Positions 13,060-20,802 of a DNA stretch of 32,000 nucleotides are shown piece by piece. The position numbers and the translations under genes are program-made. The notes beneath the pieces are model-generated. The model worked only from the letters and a program-made list of their open reading frames with translations, had not been told where the DNA came from and did not search any database. Position 1 is the first letter of the stretch. The number at the start of each line of letters is the position of its first letter. The stretch spans positions 150,001-182,000 of the forward strand of contig JAQVDW010000001.1 in assembly GCA_028698185.1 (NCBI GenBank), read 5' to 3'. The stretch comes from Erysipelotrichaceae bacterium. GTDB taxonomy: Bacteria; Bacillota_I; Bacilli_A; Erysipelotrichales; Coprobacillaceae.

Positions 13060-15288
13060 CTAGTGGATAATCCTTTTGACATCGTATATGCCGATGATTT
13101 TTTCAAGGTTGACAAAGGCGATCTGCAGGGAATCGTTGTCTTCGACTGCGAGCTTGAGCTGAATAAAAGCCTCCGCATCCTGGGTTTCGGCGTTTATTTT
13201 CAAGATGGAAATCTTGCTTTGTCCCAGTACGTTGATAATCTCATTGAGAAGATTGCCCCGGTCAAGACCGCGGATTTCGATATCGACGTCAAACTTGTGG
13301 TTGAAAGTCTGCGCATTGTCCCAGTACACAGGAATCAGCCGCTTTTTGATCTCCGGATTCTGGACATTGGGACAGCTGGCCCGGTGAACCTTTATCCCCT
13401 GCCCTTTGGACACGAAACCGACGATATCATCGCCAGGTATCGGGTTGCAGCATCTTGAGAGTGTGATCTTGATTCCGTCGATTCCCTCAACGACAACCCC
13501 GGTTTTGGAAACGTTGGCTTTGGCCTGATTCGCCGCCAGGTTGCTGTTGCGCTGGAGCATCTTCGAAATGTTGTCGATCAGGCCGCCGCGTTTTGGATTT
13601 ATCTTGTCGATGACCGACATCGGCAGCAGCGTCTTCTTGCCGATGAAAAACAGGATGTCTTCGAAGCTCTTGGCACCGAAGGCCCCAAGATAAGTCTTGT
13701 ATGTCTCCTCATTGAGATATTTGGTCTCGTCGAGTTTTCTCTTGCGAACCTCGTCCTTGAAGATTTTCCGGCCCGCTTCCACCATTTCCTTGCGGCTTTG
13801 GGCTTCGACCTTGGTAATGTACTGGCGGATCTTGTTCCTTGCACCGGTGGTCCGGACGAACTTCAACCAGTCGCGGTTGGGTGTGGCGTTCTTGCTTGTC
13901 TTGATTTCGACCACATCGCCGGTTTTGAGCTTTGTGTTAATCGGCACCATGACATTGTTGACAACGGCACCCACACAGGTATTTCCGACTTCCGAGTGGA
14001 TCCGGTAGGCAAAGTCGATTGGCGTCGACCCGTTGGGAAGCTCGATGATTTTCCCCTTGGGGCTCAAGACATAGACATTCGCCTCGAAGATGTCCCGCTT
14101 CAAACTGTCGTAGAATTCCTTGGCATCACGGTCCTTGATATCGTCGGACAGAGTGATGAAATCGCGGAGCCATTGGAGCTTTTCACCGATCTCCTGCTGT
14201 TCCTTTTGCGACGAATAGCCCCGGTTTTCCTTGTAGCGCCAGTGGGCCGCAACCCCGAGTTCCGCCAGTTCGTCCATCAGTTCGGTCCTTATCTGGATTT
14301 CATAAGTATGGCCGTCATCACCGATGATCGATGTATGCAATGACTGGTACATGTTTGGCTTGGGCATCGCGATGTAATCCTTGAACCGGCCGGGAATCGG
14401 GCGATAATGTTCGTGAATCAGACCGAGAATTGTATAGCATGACTGCTTGTTGTCGGTGATGACCCGCAAGGCATAGAGATCATAAATCTCATCGAATCGC
14501 TTGTTCTTGATGAACATCTTCTTGTAGATGCTGTAGATCGACTTTGGCCGGCCGACAATCCGGTATGTGATCTTATGGGTGTCAAGGAGATCGGATACAT
14601 CATGGATCATCTTGTCGATATAGCCCCTGCGCTGTTCCTCTTTTTCCTTGAGCAACAAGACGATATCATTGTAGGCTATCGGATCGAGATAAGACAGCGA
14701 AAGGTTTTCTAATTCCGTCTTGATGTCCGAAAGCCCGAGCCTATGGGCAATCGGGGTGTAGACCTCAAGTGTCTCGCGGGCGATTTTCTTTTGCTTTTGG
14801 GGCTTCATGAACTGCAGGGTCCTCATATTGTGAAGCCGGTCGGCAAACTTGATCAAAATGACCCGGATGTCGCTGGCCATGGCGATGTAGATCTTGCGGT
14901 GGTTTTCCGCATAAACCTCATCCTCATCCTTGAAATCCATCTTGTTGATCTTGGTGACCCCTTCGACCAGGGTCGTCACCTCGTCACCGAAGCGTTCGAC
15001 CATTTCCGGCCGGGGCACATCGCAGTCTTCCATGACATCATGCAACAAGCCCGCCGCAATCGTCTTAGGACCGGTCTGCAATGTCGCCAAGATGTAGGCG
15101 ACCCAAAGCAAGTGGTTGGTATACGGCTCACCGCTGCGCCGTTTCTGGTCGGCGTGTTTGATCATGATAAATTCATAGGCCCGATTGATCAAATCGAGAT
15201 CTTCCGGGTTGGTAACATAATTTTTTACTACATCAACGATATCCTGGAACGCCACTACTTCATGGGCCCCTTTACCACCTTTAAACAT
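13060..15288 (-). CDS. relA: Bifunctional (p)ppGpp synthetase/hydrolase RelA/SpoT (Rel)
   Basis: The 742-aa ORF has an HD hydrolase domain (HLLWVA...LHDVMED), a synthetase domain (YRSLHT-like SLHTSIIG), and TGS and ACT regions. It follows apt and recJ, as in Bacillus. Confidence 0.95.
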   Translation of the reverse strand: MFKGGKGAHEVVAFQDIVDVVKNYVTNPEDLDLINRAYEFIMIKHADQKRRSGEPYTNHLLWVAYILATLQTGPKTIAAGLLHDVMEDCDVPRPEMVERFGDEVTTLVEGVTKINKMDFKDEDEVYAENHRKIYIAMASDIRVILIKFADRLHNMRTLQFMKPQKQKKIARETLEVYTPIAHRLGLSDIKTELENLSLSYLDPIAYNDIVLLLKEKEEQRRGYIDKMIHDVSDLLDTHKITYRIVGRPKSIYSIYKKMFIKNKRFDEIYDLYALRVITDNKQSCYTILGLIHEHYRPIPGRFKDYIAMPKPNMYQSLHTSIIGDDGHTYEIQIRTELMDELAELGVAAHWRYKENRGYSSQKEQQEIGEKLQWLRDFITLSDDIKDRDAKEFYDSLKRDIFEANVYVLSPKGKIIELPNGSTPIDFAYRIHSEVGNTCVGAVVNNVMVPINTKLKTGDVVEIKTSKNATPNRDWLKFVRTTGARNKIRQYITKVEAQSRKEMVEAGRKIFKDEVRKRKLDETKYLNEETYKTYLGAFGAKSFEDILFFIGKKTLLPMSVIDKINPKRGGLIDNISKMLQRNSNLAANQAKANVSKTGVVVEGIDGIKITLSRCCNPIPGDDIVGFVSKGQGIKVHRASCPNVQNPEIKKRLIPVYWDNAQTFNHKFDVDIEIRGLDRGNLLNEIINVLGQSKISILKINAETQDAEAFIQLKLAVEDNDSLQIAFVNLEKIIGIYDVKRIIH

Positions 15289-15320
15289 ACTCCGACCTCC
15301 TTTTTCAAATTTTATTGATT

Positions 15321-15839
15321 CTAATATTTCAACAACGACATGACGTTGTATCCTTCGAGATGTCTGATTCCTTCAAGGGCCTCAAGCTCGATCACAAATG
15401 CGATCCCGACAACTTTGCCACCCAATTCTTCAACCAGCTTGATGGTCGCCTCGATCGTACCGCCAGTTGCCAGCAAATCATCAACGATAACCACGTTTTG
15501 ACCCGGTTTGATGGCATCATAGTGCATATGAACCTCATTGCTGCCATACTCCAGATCGTATCGGTATGAAATAGTTTCGCGGGGCAGTTTGCCTGGCTTG
15601 CGCACTGGAACGAATCCAGCTCCGATTTCATAGGCCACCGGACAACCGAAAATGAATCCGCGGGATTCAGGTCCGACTACGACATCCACCTTGTCCCCCA
15701 ATGTGTTGGTCCAGTCGACAAAACGGGTAATGGCGTATTGGAATGCCGCCCCATCTTGCAACAATGGTGTGATATCGCGGAAAAGGATACCTTCTTCCGG
15801 GAAATCCGGGATTGTCGCAATGTATTTTTCTAAGTTCAT
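15321..15839 (-). CDS. apt: Adenine phosphoribosyltransferase
   Basis: The 172-aa ORF has the PRPP-binding motif [13 protein letters not shown]. It lies in recJ-apt-relA synteny. Confidence 0.93.
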   Translation of the reverse strand: MNLEKYIATIPDFPEEGILFRDITPLLQDGAAFQYAITRFVDWTNTLGDKVDVVVGPESRGFIFGCPVAYEIGAGFVPVRKPGKLPRETISYRYDLEYGSNEVHMHYDAIKPGQNVVIVDDLLATGGTIEATIKLVEELGGKVVGIAFVIELEALEGIRHLEGYNVMSLLKY

Positions 15840-15883
15840 GTATGTTCCTCCATATTTTCATTTTAACATTGATTTTTGAATAA

Positions 15884-17506
15884 TTAAATACCTTTTATGC
15901 CACTAAGGTGGACGTTGATGCTTTTTTTGTTTCTAAATTCATTGATTGTCAATTTACCTGCGAAACTGATCGAATTCAGGCTGCTAAGCTGACTGACAAG
16001 ATGACCGTGATTGAAAAACAGACAGTCGATCGTCCCCGCCTTGAACTTGAGATGTTGTCCGTTGGAAAGAGTGACCAGATTGGTGAAAGCGATATTTTCA
16101 AAATAGAAATCGACATTTTCGAACCCCGGACCAAACGGTTCGAGTTTTTCAAGATCGAGAATATTCTCGATTGTAAGCTCCTGGCTGGTGACCTTGATGA
16201 CATCCTTGACAGGTGCGCTGAACTGTTCTTCTTTGATGAACTGTTCCAGTCTTAGCCGGAACTCTTTTAGATTCTCCTGTTTCAACGAGAATCCCCCGGC
16301 GAGATCATGGCCGCCATAATGGTCAAGCAAATCGTCGCAATAACCAAATGCCTTGGTGATGTTGATTCCCGCCACCGACCGGGCCGATCCCTTGAACAGT
16401 TGCGACTGTTCATCGTAAGTCATGACGAAACTTGGCTGGTTGTAGGTGTTGGTATAGCGGGAAGCTATCAGACCGCTGATGCCCTGGTGCAGTTTTTTGC
16501 TGGCAAAAAACAGGAATTCACCTTCATTGGCTTTGGTCATGATCTGTTCGTAGTAGCGTTGGGTCATCTCTTTGCGTTTGGCGTTCACGTCCTTAATCTG
16601 ACCCGCCAGTTCAACGTTGTAGCTTTGGCTTTCAAGCAGGGCGAAATAACGGACAAGCTTGTTTGGTGAAATGATTTCCGGCAGACGGCCCAGGGCGTTT
16701 ATCTTGGGAATCACCTGGAAGTTGAGCAATGTCGGGTTGATCGGATTGTTGTTGTCTTTCAACAAGGCAATCGTTTGATAATTGTTCGCATTCATGAACT
16801 CGATCGCTTTTTTTACCAGGGCCCGGTTTTCATCGATAATGGGCATGACATCCGAAAGGATCGTGATCCCTGCCAGGGAAAACAGGTAAGGATCGTGTTT
16901 TTTCAACAAGGCGCTGGCCAGCTTGTAGGCCGTGAAGCCGCCGCTGATTTCCTTGAAAGGATAGTGATACGACGTCTTGGGATGGATGATGCTCATCGCC
17001 TCGGGCTGGGTTTGCCCAACTTCATGGTGGTCGGTGATGATCACATCAACTCCCAGTTCGTTGGCCTTTTCGATGGCGGCGAACGCCTGGATGCCGTTGT
17101 CAACAGTGATGATCAGGCTGTACCCCTTAGCGTGGATCTGTTCCACCCGGTTGCAAGTCAGACCGTAGCCGTCAAAAAAACGGTTGGGAATGTGGAAACC
17201 GACCTCTACGCCCAGCTGCTTGAAGGCATTGACCAGAATCGAGGTCCCCAGGATGCCATCGCTGTCATAGTCGCCATAAATGCATATCTTTTCCTCGTTT
17301 CCTATCGCCTCGAAAATCCGCTCCAGGGCCATTTCCCCTTCGTCAAACAGTTCGAAACTGTGATATTTGAGCCGGGTCGACATGAGATCCTGGTATCTTG
17401 CCTGGTCGACCTGGTGATACGCCAGCATCTTGGCAACCAGCGGGCTTACCTTGAATTCCTGGATATAATTCTGATATATATCGCTATCATAAATTTTAAA
17501 TTCCAT
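15884..17506 (-). CDS. recJ: Single-stranded-DNA-specific exonuclease RecJ (DHH/DHHA1)
   Basis: DHH motifs are present (IYGDYDSDG, ITVDNG, IITDHH), together with the DHHA1 motif GGHDLAGGFS. Confidence 0.9.
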   Translation of the reverse strand: MEFKIYDSDIYQNYIQEFKVSPLVAKMLAYHQVDQARYQDLMSTRLKYHSFELFDEGEMALERIFEAIGNEEKICIYGDYDSDGILGTSILVNAFKQLGVEVGFHIPNRFFDGYGLTCNRVEQIHAKGYSLIITVDNGIQAFAAIEKANELGVDVIITDHHEVGQTQPEAMSIIHPKTSYHYPFKEISGGFTAYKLASALLKKHDPYLFSLAGITILSDVMPIIDENRALVKKAIEFMNANNYQTIALLKDNNNPINPTLLNFQVIPKINALGRLPEIISPNKLVRYFALLESQSYNVELAGQIKDVNAKRKEMTQRYYEQIMTKANEGEFLFFASKKLHQGISGLIASRYTNTYNQPSFVMTYDEQSQLFKGSARSVAGINITKAFGYCDDLLDHYGGHDLAGGFSLKQENLKEFRLRLEQFIKEEQFSAPVKDVIKVTSQELTIENILDLEKLEPFGPGFENVDFYFENIAFTNLVTLSNGQHLKFKAGTIDCLFFNHGHLVSQLSSLNSISFAGKLTINEFRNKKSINVHLSGIKGI

Positions 17507-17521
17507 ACGGCTCCTTTCAAT

Positions 17522-17549
17522 TAAAAAGATAGTTGGCGTCCAACTATCT
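17522..17549 (-). terminator. Hairpin terminator/attenuator between the comN-like gene and recJ
   Basis: The 10-bp stem AGATAGTTGG/CCAACTATCT has a 3-nt loop. It includes the upstream stop codon and is followed by TTTT on the minus strand. Confidence 0.55.
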
Positions 17550-17825
17550 GGAAATCAATTCATCAAAGTCTGATATCGTTAAATTTCTTGCCTCTTTAAT
17601 AACTTTGACACTCAAATAATCGTAAATCGTTGAAAAATCCAAACTTTCAATATGATCAATCAAAGTATACAAAGGTAAATTATCAATATTTCTCCATTTC
17701 ACTTCGAGAAAATACTCCTGCAGCTGTTTTGCAGTTATCTGGACATCGTCGGTTGAAAGCTCTCTAGCTTTGAGCTTCAACAAAAAATGCAGATCCTTCT
17801 TTGAGAAGACATTGTTATCTACCAT
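17544..17825 (-). CDS. Small protein resembling the post-transcriptional regulator ComN (YrzD family)
   Basis: It is 93 aa, and its position upstream of recJ matches B. subtilis comN. No secDF lies between them here. The assignment rests on size, synteny and general sequence character only. Confidence 0.35.
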   Translation of the reverse strand: MVDNNVFSKKDLHFLLKLKARELSTDDVQITAKQLQEYFLEVKWRNIDNLPLYTLIDHIESLDFSTIYDYLSVKVIKEARNLTISDFDELISR

Positions 17826-17841
17826 AAATTTCCTTCCATAA

Positions 17842-18093
17842 CTATTTCAAATAGTTATTAATGCTTTTAAATATTTTGTTTACCTTTTCCATAGGTGAAT
17901 TGAGCGATTGCAGCTCGCGCAAAGTTGCGTCAAGATCCTTATTGGTCTTGTCGACAGTATCGGAAAAATCCCTGATTTTCCTCTTGTTTTCGACGCTGGC
18001 CCGGTCGAATCGCAAAATCATGGACGCTCCCAAATATACCAACAACAAAATAGCCAATATCACTACCAAACCTATAATAATATCCGCGACCAC
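17842..18093 (-). CDS. Small membrane-anchored coiled-coil protein (DUF948-like)
   Basis: The GTG start follows RBS GAGGTGA, with a TATAAT upstream. It has one N-terminal TM segment (IIIGLVVILAILLLVYLGA) and then a charged helical region. Confidence 0.4.
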   Translation of the reverse strand: MVADIIIGLVVILAILLLVYLGASMILRFDRASVENKRKIRDFSDTVDKTNKDLDATLRELQSLNSPMEKVNKIFKSINNYLK

Positions 18094-18161
18094 TTTTCTT
18101 CACCTCGCTTAGTACAACAAACATTATACTATTTTTTTATTTCAATTTAAACCTTTTAAAT

Positions 18162-18188
18162 AAAAAAAGATGGACGCAAGTTCCATCT
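18162..18188 (-). terminator. Rho-independent terminator after the htpG-nitroreductase unit
   Basis: The stem AGATGGA/TCCATCT is followed by T7 on the minus strand, immediately after the stop codon. Confidence 0.65.
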
Positions 18189-18725
18189 TTAATATATTTT
18201 GCATAAATCATCAAAGCTTTTGCGAACAGGCCGCTCCATCTTTGTTTGACCATAACCTAAAGAGATCACGGAAATGATTGTCTCATTGGCAGGAATGTCT
18301 AGAAGCAAGCGGATCTTCTTTTCATCACGGATTCCCATTACCAGGGTTGCAAGACCGAGTTCGCTGGCTTTTAGCATCAGGTTCTCGCTGGCAAGACCCG
18401 CATCATAGATGCCCCAGCCATTTTGCAGTTCATTGGTTGGCGAACCGTTGCGGTCATATCCGGCCCGGTCCTTGACGAAGCTTACAACGATAACCACCGG
18501 CGCATTCGCCACGTTTTTCGCATTGAATTCCGGGAGGCATTCAGCCTTGAACCGGCTCAACATTTCCGGCGATTTTACGATGTGGAAACGGGCTGTCTGT
18601 GAGTTTTTCCACGAAGGCGCCAGTGATGCGGCGGCGATAATCTGTTCAAGCAGTTCATCTTTTACCTGTTTTTCTTGATAATCCCTGATCGAACGTCGTG
18701 ATTCTACAACTTCATTGAATTCCAT
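18189..18725 (-). CDS. Nitroreductase-family oxidoreductase
   Basis: Supporting motifs are RRSIRDY...APSWKNSQTARF. The ATG at 18725 follows RBS AAGGGGA and lies 10 nt after the htpG stop. I reject the track's 9-codon extension because it would overlap htpG. Confidence 0.85.
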   Translation of the reverse strand: MEFNEVVESRRSIRDYQEKQVKDELLEQIIAAASLAPSWKNSQTARFHIVKSPEMLSRFKAECLPEFNAKNVANAPVVIVVSFVKDRAGYDRNGSPTNELQNGWGIYDAGLASENLMLKASELGLATLVMGIRDEKKIRLLLDIPANETIISVISLGYGQTKMERPVRKSFDDLCKIY

Positions 18726-18735
18726 AATTGTCCCC

Positions 18736-20634
18736 TTATTTGTTTGCTTCAACCATCAATTCGCAAATGCGATTCGAGAATTCAACCGGATCTTCCAATG
18801 TGAATCCTTCAATCAGCAGCGCCTGATCATACAACAACGCCCCATAATCCTTGACCTTTTCCGGATTTTTCTGGAAGATTGATTGCAACGCATTGAAAAT
18901 GGCATGGTTTGGATTGATTTCCAGGATCCGTTTGGCTTTGGCTTCCTGTCCGTTAGGCATTGCCGCCAGGACTTTTTCCATTTCCAAAGACAGACCGTCG
19001 CTAGAAACGATGCACACCGGATGCGACTTCAACCGTGACGAGATTTTTACATCCTCGACCTTGTCTTGAAGCGCGTCTTTCAAGGCTTTAAGCAAGTCGG
19101 TGTTTTCTTTGGCTGTCTGTTCGAGTTTTTCTTTTTCTTCTTCCGTTTCAAGATTAAGGTCACCTTGTTGCACGTTCTTGAACGGTTTTTCGGCATAGTT
19201 CATCATCATCTGCAAAGTGAACTCATCGACATTGTCAGTGAGATAAAGAACATCGAAACCTTTGTCCTGAACAAGTTCGACCTGAGGCAGTCTGGCGATT
19301 TTGGCCTTGTCCTGTCCCGATGCGAAGAAGATTTCTTTTTGGTCTTCACCCATCGCTTCGACATATTCTTTCAAGGTGATCATCTTGTCCTGTTTTGCCG
19401 AATAGAAAAGCAGCAGGTCTTGAAGCTTGTCTTTTAACATTCCATATGAATTGTAGATTCCAAACTTCAGCTGAATTCCGAAGTTTTCAAAGAATTCCTC
19501 GTATTTTTCACGCTCGTTTTTAAGCAGGTTTTCCAGTTCCCGTTGGATTTTCTTCTCGATCGAGTTGGCGATCGATTTCATCTGGCGGTCCTGTTGCAGG
19601 ATTTCACGGGAAATGTTCAATGAAAGGTCTTGGGAATCGACCAGCCCCTTGATGAATCTGAAGTGTTCAGGCACCAGGTCCCCTGCCTTGTCCATGATAA
19701 AGACCCCGCGGCTGTAAAGCTGCAATCCTTTTTCATAGTCGTTAGAGAAATAGTCCATCGGCGGTTTTGAAGGGATGAACAACAATGAAGTATACGAGAT
19801 ATTTCCTTCCACCGAAGTATGGACCACCTTCAATGGTTCATGGTAATCGTTGAACTTGTCTTGATAGAATTCACTGTATTCTTCATCGGTGATCTCGTTC
19901 TTGTTGCGTTTCCACAACGGGATCATCGAGTTGAGTGTCTGGATTTCTTCAACCTCTTCATATTCCTTTTCATTATCCGCTTTAGGCTTGGATACGCGCA
20001 TCGCCATCTTGATCGGGTAATGGACATAGTCGGAATATTTTTTGATCAGTGATTGCAGTTTGTATTGGTCCAGGTATTCGTCGAAGTTTTCATCTTCGCT
20101 GTTGTCTTTTAAATGAAGGGTGATCATTGTTCCATGGTCGGCAACATTTGTTTCAAAGATCTCATAACCGTCGACCACTTGGGATACCCAGGTGTAGCCT
20201 TGTTGCTCACCATATTTTTTTGAGGTCACTTCGACCTTCTTGGCTACCATGAAAGCGGCATAGAAACCGACCCCGAACTGCCCGATGATGTCGATATCTT
20301 CATGTTCCTTGTCGTTTTGCGCCTTGAAAGCGAATGAATCAGAATTGGCTATCGTCCCTAGATTGTTTTCCAAATCTTCCTTGTTCATCCCGATCCCGCT
20401 GTCCTTGATCGTGATCGTTCTTTTTTCCTTGTCAAAACTTAGCGTGATTGAAAGGTCATCCTTGGCGATCGATGAGATGTTTTCCGTCAACGCCTTATAG
20501 TAGAGCTTGTCGTTGGCATCCGATGCGTTCGAGATCAGCTCCCGCAAAAAGATGTCGCGATGCGTATAGATCGAATTGATCATTAGATCAAGCAAGCGTT
20601 GTGATTCAGCTTTAAACTGTTTTTTTTCAGTCAT
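18736..20634 (-). CDS. htpG: Molecular chaperone HtpG (Hsp90)
   Basis: The 632-aa ORF has the N-terminal GHKL motifs LRELISNASDA, DSGIGM and GQFGVGFYAAFMVA. Confidence 0.95.
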   Translation of the reverse strand: MTEKKQFKAESQRLLDLMINSIYTHRDIFLRELISNASDANDKLYYKALTENISSIAKDDLSITLSFDKEKRTITIKDSGIGMNKEDLENNLGTIANSDSFAFKAQNDKEHEDIDIIGQFGVGFYAAFMVAKKVEVTSKKYGEQQGYTWVSQVVDGYEIFETNVADHGTMITLHLKDNSEDENFDEYLDQYKLQSLIKKYSDYVHYPIKMAMRVSKPKADNEKEYEEVEEIQTLNSMIPLWKRNKNEITDEEYSEFYQDKFNDYHEPLKVVHTSVEGNISYTSLLFIPSKPPMDYFSNDYEKGLQLYSRGVFIMDKAGDLVPEHFRFIKGLVDSQDLSLNISREILQQDRQMKSIANSIEKKIQRELENLLKNEREKYEEFFENFGIQLKFGIYNSYGMLKDKLQDLLLFYSAKQDKMITLKEYVEAMGEDQKEIFFASGQDKAKIARLPQVELVQDKGFDVLYLTDNVDEFTLQMMMNYAEKPFKNVQQGDLNLETEEEKEKLEQTAKENTDLLKALKDALQDKVEDVKISSRLKSHPVCIVSSDGLSLEMEKVLAAMPNGQEAKAKRILEINPNHAIFNALQSIFQKNPEKVKDYGALLYDQALLIEGFTLEDPVEFSNRICELMVEANK

Positions 20635-20646
20635 GAAATTTCCTCC

Positions 20647-20720
20647 TTAGCACTCTTGTTCTTGATTTGCTAAAGATATGATACAACGGTAACTTAGCAC
20701 TGTCAAGAGAAAACTGCCAA
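20647..20720 (-). promoter_or_regulatory. htpG promoter with two CIRCE-like (HrcA operator-like) inverted repeats
   Basis: The minus strand reads TTGACA (20701-20706), a 17-nt spacer and TATCAT (20678-20683). CIRCE-like element 1 is TTAGCACTC-N9-ATTTGCTAA at 20647-20673, lying between the -10 and the SD. Element 2 is TTAGCACTG-N9-AACTGCCAA at 20694-20720 and overlaps the -35. The consensus is TTAGCACTC-N9-GAGTGCTAA. Confidence 0.55.
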
Positions 20721-20750
20721 AGTCGCATACTAGGTAACTGTAGAAATGGC

Positions 20751-20784
20751 AAAAACTCGAAGAACACATTAAGAATTCTTCGAG
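20751..20784 (-). terminator. Rho-independent terminator of the P7-P6-vWA operon
   Basis: The 9-bp stem CTCGAAGAA/TTCTTCGAG is followed by T5 on the minus strand, about 20 nt after the vWA stop. Confidence 0.65.
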
Positions 20785-20802
20785 TCATATTCGTTAATTA
20801 CA

